From positions 464,776 through 528,775 of the forward strand of contig JACJWE010000002.1 in the NCBI GenBank assembly GCA_020637365.1: 64,000 nt of DNA. Reading direction: 5' to 3'. The notes under the pieces were generated by a model. That model worked only from the letters and a program-made list of their open reading frames with translations, had not been told where the DNA came from and ran no database searches. Position numbers and translations under genes: made by a program. Below, piece after piece: positions 28,159 to 40,378 of this stretch. This DNA comes from Acidimicrobiia bacterium. GTDB lineage: Bacteria; Actinomycetota; Acidimicrobiia; IMCC26256; JAGNEX01. Position 1 is the stretch's first letter. Every line of letters begins with the position of its first letter.

Positions 28159-28173
28159 ATGTTTTAGAAACAT
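28159..28173. promoter_or_regulatory. Perfect AT-rich inverted repeat ATGTTT-tag-AAACAT in the leader/promoter region of the small ORF + GT2-A unit
   Basis: Read directly from the sequence. It lies about 115 nt upstream of ATG 28044 inside an unusually AT-rich stretch (28110-28200). Confidence 0.35.
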
Positions 28174-28651
28174 GTCTGTACGCCGTATTGAAGAGGGGTT
28201 GAATAAGACAGCGTTACTGGTGTCGCACAGATTCGTTACGCGTCAGTTACAGCCCGTGAAAAGCACCGCTCTGCGTGAACTTGGGCTGGGGCCTGGGTCG
28301 ACAATTGTCGACGAGAAGAGACCGCGTTTGCGTGATGCCGAGGCGAGTGACTCACCCGAGCGTGTCGCTGTTGCCCCCTGTTCTCCCTTCCCTGTGTTGT
28401 TTCAGCATTGTGCTTGCCTTCGCGCACTGATCGAGGTTCTCATGGGCAAATTTGGAACCCAAGCCTCAAGATCTGCGCCGCGGATCGCCGCGCGAGAAGG
28501 ACCCCCAAGCCAAAAACCTCCACGACGATCTCTGTCAGACGACAACCCCTCGACAGCAAGGCCCGCCCAACATCCTGGAGCGGGCCGCGCAGTTGGGGCT
28601 CTATTCGGACTGCTGGGGGAACGAGGCCCCGTGACGGTCGCGCTTGCGCGA

Positions 28652-29998
28652 TTATGCGGCCGAACCCACTGCGTCGGGATGCACGCCAGCCGTCGTTGCT
28701 GCGGGCGCCGACTGTTTGCTGGCCGCTCCGGAACGGGGCGGACTGGACCACGTCTGGTGCCCTGCGACGATGCTCTCGGGGATGGTGTGCAACTTCGACA
28801 CCGTCTTGGTCGATGCCGAATACTCCGCGATCGAAAGGGCGTAGTTGGCCACGTAGAGTAGTGGCGCACTGAGAATGAACTTTGCGCGATCCATCTTGGA
28901 GTAATAGGGCTCACGCCACGCGTTGATCGTCATGTACACAGACACGGTAACCAGCGCCCCGAGCATCGTTCGCCAGTCGCCGTACCTCACGATGAGGTAT
29001 CCAAGGAAAAAGAGGAACACGGGTTCAATCAAAAAGACGAAGTCAAAAGCCACTTCGAGCGGCAAAAACACCCAAGTGAGCGATCGTTTGAAGCGCCCTG
29101 ACTTGCTGAAAAACATCTCGCGACGCTTGTAGAAGGTTTGCGAACGTCCAAACTTCCACCGATATCGCTGGGTCATCAGAGACCGAAAATTGGGGCAGGC
29201 CTCGGTATAAGAAATGACGTCCGCCGCATAGATGCAGGTTGGTCGACGGTTGCCAAAGAAATGCAACAGTTTCATCGAAGCGTCGATGTCCTCGGTGATC
29301 GTATTGGTCTCATAGCGACCGACCTGGTCGAAGGCGTCGCGCCGCATCATCGAGCCGATCCCACCGATGATGTAGTCAAACCCCAGAACCGTTTGGGCTC
29401 GCTTCATTCGATACGACGTGAGGTATTCGAACCTCTGCACATAGTTGAGCAGCCCTTTTTCGGGCACGATCTTGACGTGGGTCGCTACGGCTTTCACGCC
29501 GTCGTTGCGGAAGTACTCGACCCCTCGCCGCAACGCCTGGGGGTGCAACTGCGAGTCGGCGTCGAGGCACATGAAAATGTTGCAGTTATCGAACTCCGGG
29601 TTGGCTGCAAGGTATTCAAGCGCGTTGTTCAGAGCCGACGCCTTGCCTTGATTCTTCTGTCGAATCACGTGGATGCGACGGTGCGGATGCGTCATTTTGA
29701 AGTGCTCCGCGACGAGGGCGGTGTCGTCGCGCGACCCATCATCGACGATGATGTGGAGCACCTTTCTCCACGGATAGTCCAGCTGAGAAACCGATTCCAG
29801 ACATGGGTTGAGTGTGGTGCCTTCATTGTGGGCCGGCGTAATGACCACCACGTCGGGTAACTCACGATCGAAGAGCGTGGACCCGGCGACGAGACGCCGT
29901 CGCCAGCGGGGATAGAGCTCAGAGGCAATGAGATAGAAGCAGATTCGGGAGAGGTTGATCACTGCTACAACGCCAAACATGACCGCAATAACGCGCAT
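28652..29998 (-). CDS. Membrane-embedded processive family-2 glycosyltransferase, paralog B
   Basis: Collinear with paralog A and about two-thirds identical by eye. Motifs: VVITPAHNEG, IVDDGSRDDT, FMCLDADS, GGIGSMMRRDAF, TITEDIDASMKL, QRYRWKFGRSQ, tail GHQTWSSPPRSGAA. Start set at ATG 29998 (MRVIAVMFG..., aligning with MMRILAIMFG of A); the ORF track start is 30025. Confidence 0.85.
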   Translation of the reverse strand: MRVIAVMFGVVAVINLSRICFYLIASELYPRWRRRLVAGSTLFDRELPDVVVITPAHNEGTTLNPCLESVSQLDYPWRKVLHIIVDDGSRDDTALVAEHFKMTHPHRRIHVIRQKNQGKASALNNALEYLAANPEFDNCNIFMCLDADSQLHPQALRRGVEYFRNDGVKAVATHVKIVPEKGLLNYVQRFEYLTSYRMKRAQTVLGFDYIIGGIGSMMRRDAFDQVGRYETNTITEDIDASMKLLHFFGNRRPTCIYAADVISYTEACPNFRSLMTQRYRWKFGRSQTFYKRREMFFSKSGRFKRSLTWVFLPLEVAFDFVFLIEPVFLFFLGYLIVRYGDWRTMLGALVTVSVYMTINAWREPYYSKMDRAKFILSAPLLYVANYALSIAEYSASTKTVSKLHTIPESIVAGHQTWSSPPRSGAASKQSAPAATTAGVHPDAVGSAA

Positions 29999-30861
29999 TA
30001 TCTGGGCACCCTTCAGACAGCCCACCTGGGGGGAGATGGGCGGACGACGATACGAAGAATTGCCAGCCCTCGGCGCCAGAAACGGGGCGTCTGTCGGCTG
30101 GGACAGGGCAACGACCTACGTCTGAGCGTGGACTCTGAGGGTCGTTCCGTATCGTCGAAGGTGCCTTCGACAGAGAAGGCGACTATTCGTCGCGTGAGGT
30201 GCGGGGTGCGAGCGTTTGGGGAATGAACGCGGGTCGGCATCTGTGCGGAGAACAGGCCCGTCACATGAACGAGCCTCAGTCTTGCTGGGTCCGACCCGTT
30301 CTGACGTTGACGCCATGGGGGTCCAATCGTTTGTGCACCGACGAATGGGGTACTCATCGGTCGGGCGTCAAACTACCTGCGTCAATTGAATATTGCATGC
30401 CGTCTCGTGTATTTATCGATACCCCAATAACTCGGCCACCTATTTGAACCGTATCTTGCGCAAGGGTTGCGAGACTTCTACGACAAGGCAAACAACACGC
30501 CTCCAATATTGCTTGACTCATGAACCCCAGGTAAACCAACGCAGTACGGCTCAACGCAACAGCAACACGACCTACCCCTCGGTTAAACATTCACGCTTTC
30601 GTGACAACCGAGCCTGGCCGTCCTCACAGCACGTCCTGCACTGGACGCTCGTTGTCGGCGAGCGTTCATTCGTCGCCCTCGTAAATGTCGAGCAGCCGCA
30701 CCTGGTCACAACCGGGTAGCCACCGATCGATAACGAGCGTTCGCACGGCAACGGTGCCGGAATCGACCAGCACCGGGGCGCTGGTGAGTACGACCGTTAC
30801 GCTTAGCCTCTTCGTCGTCAGGTAGCGCCCGGGCTGCCTGCGTGGAGCGTGGGAGCACGGC

Positions 30862-32379
30862 GTGTACGCAACGTTCGAACGACGCTGGTGGACCTTGGCG
30901 GTGCTGTGTCTCAGCCTCGTCCTGATCGTGCTGGGCAATACCGTGCTCAACGTCGCGCTGCCGACCTTGACCCGCGAACTCGACGCCACCGACACCGAGC
31001 TGCAATGGATGGTCGATGCCTATTCATTGGTGTTCGCTGGCCTGCTGCTCACAGCAGGGGCGCTGGGCGACCGGTTCGGACGCAAAGGTGCGCTATCGAC
31101 CGGGCTCGTCATCTTCGTGCTAGCGAGTATCGGTGCAACCCGGGCGACAGAGCCCATCCACATCATCGCCGCACGCGCCCTCATGGGTGTGGGAGCGGCC
31201 GCCGTGATGCCCGCCACGCTGTCGATTCTGACGAACGTGTTTCCTCCCGCGGAGCGACCGAAGGCGATCGGCATTTGGGCTGGTCTCGCCGGAGCGGGTG
31301 GGGCGATCGGGCCGATCGCGGGCGGCTATCTGGTCGAGCACTCCGGCTGGTCCGCCGTGTTCTACCTGAATGTGGTGGTCGGACTCGTTGCGCTCGTGGC
31401 GGGGGCGCTTTTGGTCCCAACCTCCAAAGACCCCGACGGTCATGCGCTCGATTTGGTGGGTGCGCTGCTGTCGATCGTCGGACTGACCGCGCTGATCTAC
31501 GGCGTTATCGAGGGCCCGAATCACGGCTGGCTGAGCGTTGAGAGCCTGGCGACCTTTGGTGCCGCCGCGGTGTTCTTGGGCGGGTTTGGCTATTGGGAAT
31601 CGACCCAGAAGAACCCCATGCTCGACCTGGCCCTATTCAAGAATCCACGTTTCAGTGCTGCGAGCATGGCCATCATGTTCCAGTTCATGTCGATGATGGG
31701 CATGTTCTTCGTCTTGACCCAATACCTGCAGTTTGCCCGCGGCTATTCGGCATTCTCGGCTGGCCTGCACAGTTTGCCCATGCCGATCGCCATGATGATT
31801 TTCGCCTCGAACAGCCCATCGATCGTCGCTCGCATCGGACCGCGAACCACCGTCACCACGGGCATGTTGCTGACCGCGATAGGCGCGGTCGGGCTCTCCT
31901 TTGTCGGGGTTGATACCACCTATGCGGTAGTCGGCGTGTCGCTGTTCATCATGGGCGTCGGCGGCGGCATGGTCATGCCATCATCGACAACGTCGATCAT
32001 GTCGACGCTGCCACTCGCCAAAGCTGGCGTGGGTTCGGCCGTGAACGACACCACCCGTGAGATCGGTGCCGCGCTGGGCGTGGCCGTTCTCGGGTCGGTA
32101 CTCACCTCACGATATGCATCATCCATGCACGACGTTGCGGCGAGCCTCCCTGAACAGGCCCGAGAGATGGTGCTGGCCGGTCTCGGCCGGGCGCTGATCG
32201 TCGCCGAGCGCCTGCCTAACGGCGCGGCGCTGGTTCACGAGGCGAAGACGTCCTTCATCGGCGGCATGCAGGTCGCTCTCTGGGTCGCTGCAGGTCTGCT
32301 GATCATCGGTGCGGTAGCGGTCAATCGGACCTTCCCCGCTGTCGACGACGACGTCGCCGACGGAACCCCGATGCACTAA
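30862..32379 (+). CDS. MFS transporter, DHA2 (EmrB/QacA-like, 14-TMS) drug:H+ antiporter type
   Basis: 505 aa. Contains WWTLAVLCLSLVLIVLGNTVLNVALPTL, LTAGALGDRFGRKG (MFS motif A-like), and many TM spans. Confidence 0.8.
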   Translation: MYATFERRWWTLAVLCLSLVLIVLGNTVLNVALPTLTRELDATDTELQWMVDAYSLVFAGLLLTAGALGDRFGRKGALSTGLVIFVLASIGATRATEPIHIIAARALMGVGAAAVMPATLSILTNVFPPAERPKAIGIWAGLAGAGGAIGPIAGGYLVEHSGWSAVFYLNVVVGLVALVAGALLVPTSKDPDGHALDLVGALLSIVGLTALIYGVIEGPNHGWLSVESLATFGAAAVFLGGFGYWESTQKNPMLDLALFKNPRFSAASMAIMFQFMSMMGMFFVLTQYLQFARGYSAFSAGLHSLPMPIAMMIFASNSPSIVARIGPRTTVTTGMLLTAIGAVGLSFVGVDTTYAVVGVSLFIMGVGGGMVMPSSTTSIMSTLPLAKAGVGSAVNDTTREIGAALGVAVLGSVLTSRYASSMHDVAASLPEQAREMVLAGLGRALIVAERLPNGAALVHEAKTSFIGGMQVALWVAAGLLIIGAVAVNRTFPAVDDDVADGTPMH

Positions 32380-32760
32380 CCGATGCACCGGGACAGGGCT
32401 CGTCCGAGTCGGGAGTGAGGCGCCGCCCAGGGTCCAGAGTTCAGCGTCGTAAGGCCGGTTCGACATAGCCAAGCCGGGTCAACCGACAATGATCGTTTTG
32501 TTCGCTTGTCCAGCCTCACCAGCCCTGCACGCGGACCACGTCACCCGGACGTACCGATTCGATTGGCGCCCGCGCACTGGTTGGCAACAACCACGAACAC
32601 CGACTTCCAAGTCTCTTTGTGAGGTGGAGACCTTCGTACCAGTTGCGTCGCTTCCCTACGGACGGAAGTTGGGCCCCTGCGTGATCTGAGCCAGAAGGCG
32701 GAGCCATGGCGTGATTCTCTACCCGGCTCTGTGAGGGAACGGATCGCTCGCTCGACGGGT

Positions 32761-32778
32761 GATGCGCCCGGGCGCATC
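32761..32778 (-). terminator. 18-nt perfect GC-rich palindrome GATGCGCCCGGGCGCATC, possible hairpin terminator after the ABC-2 permease gene
   Basis: Read directly from the sequence. It lies 22 nt downstream of the minus-strand stop at 32800. There is no clear U-tract. Confidence 0.3.
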
Positions 32779-32799
32779 GCTGCCCGCGTGCTGGCGCAT

Positions 32800-33621
32800 T
32801 CAACCGGTCATGTGGGTGAATTTCCGTATGGAAAGAAACGCAAACACCAGCGTGATGCCGACGATCCACGCGATCGACTGCCACACCGCGTCACCGACAG
32901 GGTGACCGTTGGTCAGTGCTCTCACCGCATCGGTCAGGACAGTGAACGGATTAGCCTCCGCAACTCGCCGTAGCCAAGGCGTCATGTTCTCGATGGGCAC
33001 AAAGGCGGAAGACACAAAGGTCAGCGGAAACATCCAGGTGAAACCCGCCGAGTTGGCGGCCTCGATCGACTTCACGCTGAGGCCGATCAACGCGTTGATC
33101 CAGCTCAGCGAATAGCTAAACATCAACAGCAAGAGCGTCGCTATGACCGCGTTGAAGAGCCCTCCCTCAAAGCGGAAACCAATGGCGAGCGACACCAGCA
33201 CCATGGAAATGAACGACAACAGGTTGCGCAGCAGATCTGAAATGGTTCGGCCAATAAGCACTGCGGGCTGGCTCATGGGGAGTGAGCGCAGCCGGTCCAT
33301 GAAACCCTTCTGCATGTCTTCAGCGATGCCGACGCTCGTGAACGCCGAGCCAAAAACGACGGTTTGGGCCAGGATGCCTGGGATTAGGAACTGGGTGTAA
33401 TTGTCGTAGCCAGGCACGGCGATCGACCCGCCGAAAACATAGTTAAACAGCAAGATGAACATCACCGGCTGAAGCGTGGAATAGATCAGCAGCTCCGGGT
33501 CGCGAGGAACGGCGCGGAGGTGGCGCTGGGCTTCAGTCCAACTGTCCCGAAGGGTCCACCCGAACCCACGCCCGATCCTGGGCGCAGATCGATGTTCGGG
33601 CGCAGTATTAGCGGTCATCAT
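32800..33621 (-). CDS. ABC-2 type exporter permease (DrrB-like)
   Basis: 273 aa with six hydrophobic spans. Overlaps the upstream ATPase gene by 14 nt. Confidence 0.8.
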   Translation of the reverse strand: MMTANTAPEHRSAPRIGRGFGWTLRDSWTEAQRHLRAVPRDPELLIYSTLQPVMFILLFNYVFGGSIAVPGYDNYTQFLIPGILAQTVVFGSAFTSVGIAEDMQKGFMDRLRSLPMSQPAVLIGRTISDLLRNLLSFISMVLVSLAIGFRFEGGLFNAVIATLLLLMFSYSLSWINALIGLSVKSIEAANSAGFTWMFPLTFVSSAFVPIENMTPWLRRVAEANPFTVLTDAVRALTNGHPVGDAVWQSIAWIVGITLVFAFLSIRKFTHMTG

Positions 33622-34567
33622 CGACGGGTTCCTGGCTTGTGGTCGATCCGGTCAGGCGAAAGAACACGTCATCGAGTGTTGGGCGGCGCATCTCGATATC
33701 GTCCACGCCGACGGACGCTCGATCGAGACAGCGAAGAACCTCCACCAACGTCGTCGTCGGCTTGACCGGGATGATCAACTCGGCATCGTGATCTCCGTCG
33801 CGCGGTGCCGCCACGGCGAACGGCGACATGGCAGACGCGGCGGCTGCTCGCTGCGACGGTTCGCTCAACGTGAGCACGACACGATCGCCACCAATGTCCT
33901 GTTTGAGCTGCTCAGCGGTGCCCGTCGCAATGGCATGGCCATGATCGATCACGACGATCGAGTCGGCAAGACGATCGGCTTCGTCGAGATACTGCGTGGT
34001 CAGCAGCATGGTCGTTCCGCCACGAACGAGGTCGTCGATCAGGTCCCACATTTCGAGCCGACTGCGTGGATCCAACCCAGTAGTGGGTTCGTCGAGGAAC
34101 AACACGCTCGGCCGCCCGATTAGCGACATCGCAATGTCGAGGCGCCGCCGCATTCCGCCGGAGTACCCCTTGCTGACCCGATCGCTAGCGTCACTAAGAC
34201 GTAGTTGAGTGAGCAGATCCGCGGCTCGTGCGGCTGACTCTTTGCTCCCCAGTCGGAGCAGCCGACCCACCAGTTCAAGATTTTCACGGCCGGTCAGGCG
34301 CTCGTCCACGGCCGCATACTGGCCGGTCAGCCCGATCCGCGCCCGCACTTCGCGGGGGTGTGCAGCGACGTCGATACCGTCGACGAAAGCCTGACCACCA
34401 TCGGCACGTAGCAGGGTCGCCAAGATCTTTACCGCCGTGGTCTTGCCAGCACCGTTGGGGCCCAACACCGCGAGCGTCGACGCCTCGAGACAACCAAACG
34501 ACAGGTCGGTGAGCGCGCTGACACCCCCGTAGCTCTTCGCGAGGTTTTCCACTTCAATCACGCGCAT
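33608..34567 (-). CDS. ABC transporter ATP-binding protein (DrrA-like)
   Basis: Walker A GPNGAGKTT, signature YSGGMRRRL, Walker B VLFLDEPTTGLD. Start set at ATG 34567 (AAAGGA upstream). Confidence 0.9.
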   Translation of the reverse strand: MRVIEVENLAKSYGGVSALTDLSFGCLEASTLAVLGPNGAGKTTAVKILATLLRADGGQAFVDGIDVAAHPREVRARIGLTGQYAAVDERLTGRENLELVGRLLRLGSKESAARAADLLTQLRLSDASDRVSKGYSGGMRRRLDIAMSLIGRPSVLFLDEPTTGLDPRSRLEMWDLIDDLVRGGTTMLLTTQYLDEADRLADSIVVIDHGHAIATGTAEQLKQDIGGDRVVLTLSEPSQRAAAASAMSPFAVAAPRDGDHDAELIIPVKPTTTLVEVLRCLDRASVGVDDIEMRRPTLDDVFFRLTGSTTSQEPVDDDR

Positions 34568-34992
34568 GAAGGGCATCCTTTCGATTCGATCACCTGACCG
34601 AGCTGGGGTCCTCAACGACAAACACCGCTCGTTTCAGCCCCGCTCGCCAATCGGGCGCGTGCTCAATCTGGCTCAACCCGCGGTGATACCGGAGGGACCG
34701 ACAACGTCTGACGATGTCCGTCCTCACGGCCACAGTCATCTGGATCCGCCGTCAATACCACCATGCGAAGACGCTCAACAAGGGGCGGCCGTCCTGGCGT
34801 CGACGACCTCCCTCGTGCCCGCTCTTGCGATCCGAGCGCCTCGGCGCGCTGATCGTGGCTCTGCGCAGCGTAGTCTGAGACACCTACGTTCCGGGCTGAC
34901 CCCAGACCTGGGCGGCCCGCCGTCGCTCGTGACCGCAATCTTCGGGATGCAGATGTGCTGCGTAGGGATATCGAGGTGAGGAGAACCCCGTT

Positions 34993-36033
34993 GTGAGCGG
35001 GCCGGACGACACCAGCAAGCTTGAACAGTTCGGTTGGGGACCGAGGTGGGCGGCGCTCGCGGCAGAAGGTGTCGAGCGGGGGCTCACCCCCGGCATCATC
35101 CTTCGACACGATGGTTCAGCCGTCCTCGCCGCCACACCAACAGGGAGACAACACATCCCGGTCGTGCCGTCGAACCCTGCCTTCGCTGTTGGTGATCGCA
35201 TCCTGATCGGAACGGGGACCGTCGATGAGGTCCTCCATCGCTCATCGCTATTACAGCGTCGCGACCCCAGCACAGGCACCGGCCAATTCATCGCGGCCAA
35301 TGCCGACGTCGTCGCGATCGTCTGCGGCCTCGATCGCCCTCTACGTCCCGGCAGGATCGAGCGATTTTCTACGCTCGCATGGGACGCCGGTGCTTCGCCC
35401 TTGGTTGTATGCACCAAATGCGACCTTGGCGGCGACGACGAGACCGCCGACTTCGTTCTGCGCGCGGAGTCCGCAGCACCCGGCATCACGGTGGTCGCTG
35501 TGTCCGCTCAGACCGGCGCTGGCCTCGACGACCTTCGGGCCGAACTCGCGGGCAAAACAGCGGTGTTTGTCGGGGAATCCGGCGCCGGCAAATCCACGCT
35601 TCTGAACTCGCTGTACGACCACGACATCGCCCGAACCGGAAGCACCCGGACGGGTGATTCGAAAGGCCGCCACACGACCACAGCCCGACAACTCTTCGCA
35701 GTCGGCGATTTCTGGGTGATCGATACTCCCGGTGTTCGTGAGGTGGGCCTCTGGGCAGGGACCGATGCGGTTGACACAGCATTCGACGACATCGCCGACC
35801 TGGGTTCAGAGTGCCGGTTTGGCGACTGCACGCACGACACCGAGCCAGGATGCGCTGTGGCAGCTGCAATTGCGAACGGCACACTCGCACCGGAACGCCT
35901 CAATTCGTGGCAGCGCCTGCGTCGCGAAGCACTGGCGGCAGAACTGCGCGCCGATCCGGTCGCTGCCCGGCGCGCAAACCGTCAATTCGGCCGCATGATC
36001 AGAGAAGTCCAACGAATCAAAGGACAACGGTAG
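34993..36033 (+). CDS. rsgA: Ribosome small-subunit-dependent GTPase A
   Basis: Circularly permuted GTPase: VVCTKCDL, VFVGESGAGKSTLLNSL, GRHTTTARQLF, IDTPGVREVGLW, and zinc knuckle CRFGDCTHDTEPGCAV. Confidence 0.9.
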   Translation: MSGPDDTSKLEQFGWGPRWAALAAEGVERGLTPGIILRHDGSAVLAATPTGRQHIPVVPSNPAFAVGDRILIGTGTVDEVLHRSSLLQRRDPSTGTGQFIAANADVVAIVCGLDRPLRPGRIERFSTLAWDAGASPLVVCTKCDLGGDDETADFVLRAESAAPGITVVAVSAQTGAGLDDLRAELAGKTAVFVGESGAGKSTLLNSLYDHDIARTGSTRTGDSKGRHTTTARQLFAVGDFWVIDTPGVREVGLWAGTDAVDTAFDDIADLGSECRFGDCTHDTEPGCAVAAAIANGTLAPERLNSWQRLRREALAAELRADPVAARRANRQFGRMIREVQRIKGQR

Positions 36034-36085
36034 CGGCCGGGGCCCGCTGACCGATCCCGCCACCCACCTAGGTGGCTCCAGCCAC

Positions 36086-36856
36086 CTAGAGCTCAACCAT
36101 CTGGGCGAGGGCTTGAGCTCGTCGGTTGAAACCGTCGAGGTTGGGGTGCGTGCAGTCCGACATCAGTTCGGGCGCGGTCCACTGTGTCAGGTCGGGGTTG
36201 CCAGGACGGCCCTGCAGGAAGCCCCACAAGTCCGGCGCGACCACGCGCGGACGCGCGTCGGCGATTCGGTTATAGATGTCACGCAGAACGATGAACTCTG
36301 AGTTGAACACGACCGGGTCGAGGGTTCCACCGAGCCGCAACGCCTCCTCCCTGCATTCTTCTTCCATGGCTAAATTCGGCAGGTCATACCCGGGGAGAAT
36401 GATCCGCACATCGCTGCGCATCGCGAGGATCTGGTCGACGACCCAGGCAAGGTCAGACTCGGTGGTGTCGGGATCGTTACCGCGGAGGACGTCTCGCAGA
36501 TCGGGCCCACCAAGGCTGAGGTAGACAACCGGGTTGGCAGGTGCCGCCGCAAGCGCAAGCTCGACCTGCCCCAGGCCGTACATGGGGTCTTTGCGCCAAT
36601 CTCTCGCCCAATAACTGTTGACGGGAATCGACACGACATGGGCCCGACCGGCGAACGCCAACGGCAGGGCGATGGCGTTGCGGATCGACCAGCTGTCACC
36701 GATGTTGATGATCCATGGATTTGAAGCGGCGTCGGCCTTTTTCGGCGCCACCGCAGCGCTGACGGCGGTGCAGAGGAGTGCCACCGCCAACAATCGGGCG
36801 AGCAGGTGGCGGGTGGGGGTGGTCGGCTGGGGTTGCACGAAGCGCCTTTCGTTCAT
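36086..36856 (-). CDS. Secreted SGNH/GDSL-family hydrolase
   Basis: Signal peptide LLAVALLCTAVSAAVAPKKADA. Block I IINIGDSWS. Block V DCTHPN. Confidence 0.7.
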   Translation of the reverse strand: MNERRFVQPQPTTPTRHLLARLLAVALLCTAVSAAVAPKKADAASNPWIINIGDSWSIRNAIALPLAFAGRAHVVSIPVNSYWARDWRKDPMYGLGQVELALAAAPANPVVYLSLGGPDLRDVLRGNDPDTTESDLAWVVDQILAMRSDVRIILPGYDLPNLAMEEECREEALRLGGTLDPVVFNSEFIVLRDIYNRIADARPRVVAPDLWGFLQGRPGNPDLTQWTAPELMSDCTHPNLDGFNRRAQALAQMVEL

Positions 36857-37060
36857 TCGCTCAGGAGTATGCAGAGAGCTACAACGATCTACACCTGCGA
36901 TGCAATTTGGGTGACCGAAATGGTCAACGTGCGCTCGAAGCAGATCAACATTGAATCCTGTACTGCACCCACCTAAGGTCGTGCCCCGCTTCGAAGCCGC
37001 TCAGGCGCTCGCCCGAGCACTGCCGCCATCCGCGGACATTGACCCCCATATGGACATGCC

Positions 37061-37936
37061 ATGAGCCCGATCTTCGGTGAGAGCAGCGACGACAAGCACC
37101 CCGGGACGGAACATGCCGGGCCGACACGTCCGACGACACCGGAGCCGCCAAACCCCGGGGTGCCCCACAACGCAGACGGCGCATTGGGCGGGACACAACC
37201 ACCACCCTCGTGGTCCGGGCAACGCCCTCATGAGGCACCGTACGAACCTCCAATTCCGAATCCGGGTCCCGCGCAGGGCTACCCGCCACACGCGTACCCT
37301 CTGTACCCGGTTCAGCCCGGCTGGCCAGGCATGGGTGTCACCCCCCAGGCCCCGTACCCGCGGTACGCAGAACTGTCGTCGCGGTTGCTTGGATACTTCC
37401 TCGATGGGCTCTTTGCTGCGCTTGTCTACGTGCCGTTTTACGTTCTCATGTTCGTCGCGACTGCCGCGACCTGGTTGAGCTGCGCATACGACATCGCCGA
37501 CATCTCTGAGTCGGGGACGATCTCCTCGGACGCCTGTTCCGTAGGCAACCCCGCAGTCTTCGTCGTGATCATTTTGTTGGCGATCGGTGCTCAGATCGGA
37601 TGGCTGATCTACTGCTGTAAGCAACTCGGTGCGACCGGCCAAACCCCAGGAAAGCGCATTGCCGGAGTTCGGGTCGTCGACGCCGATACCGGCGCCCCAA
37701 TAGGGACGCGCCGGGCCTTTGGTCGGTACCTTGCCCTTGCCGTCTCGAACCTCTTCTGCGGCCTGGGTCTTCTGTCGGCGACGTGGGACGCACGGTCCCA
37801 GGGGTGGCACGACAAGATGGCCCGGACCGTCGTGATCGACGCGAAGACTCCACCGCCCACCTATGCACCGCCGCTATTTACCGCCCACAACCCCACCCAA
37901 CAGCCGCCCTCAACGGACAGCCCGGCGCGCTTTTGA
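37061..37936 (+). CDS. RDD-family membrane protein with Pro-rich N-terminal region
   Basis: Pro-rich first ~95 aa, then RLLGYFLDGLF..., TM spans, and TPGKRIAGVRVVD...GWHDKMARTVVI (RDD layout). Confidence 0.7.
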   Translation: MSPIFGESSDDKHPGTEHAGPTRPTTPEPPNPGVPHNADGALGGTQPPPSWSGQRPHEAPYEPPIPNPGPAQGYPPHAYPLYPVQPGWPGMGVTPQAPYPRYAELSSRLLGYFLDGLFAALVYVPFYVLMFVATAATWLSCAYDIADISESGTISSDACSVGNPAVFVVIILLAIGAQIGWLIYCCKQLGATGQTPGKRIAGVRVVDADTGAPIGTRRAFGRYLALAVSNLFCGLGLLSATWDARSQGWHDKMARTVVIDAKTPPPTYAPPLFTAHNPTQQPPSTDSPARF

Positions 37937-37994
37937 CCATGGGGTCCAAGTTGCCACCCGACAAGCTTCGCTTGGCTTTCAATCAGGTCGGTCC

Positions 37995-40356
<2,362 letters not shown>

Positions 40357-40378
<22 letters not shown>

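Noticed and set aside
28045-28651. c-di-GMP (GEMM-type) riboswitch ahead of the synthase genes
   Set aside because: I looked for the conserved GCAAA/CGCAAAGC-type elements on the transcribed strand and did not see them. I cannot exclude other RNA classes without a covariance-model scan.
28172-28861. 229-aa plus-strand ORF in the GT2-B / small-ORF interval
   Set aside because: Its second half is antisense to the GT2-B 3' end and Arg-rich. The first ~100 aa have no HTH or other motif. Treated as non-coding leader.
37001-37810. 269-aa minus-strand ORF
   Set aside because: Antisense to the RDD-family gene. Arg/Gly/Pro-rich shadow of the Pro-rich N-terminal region.
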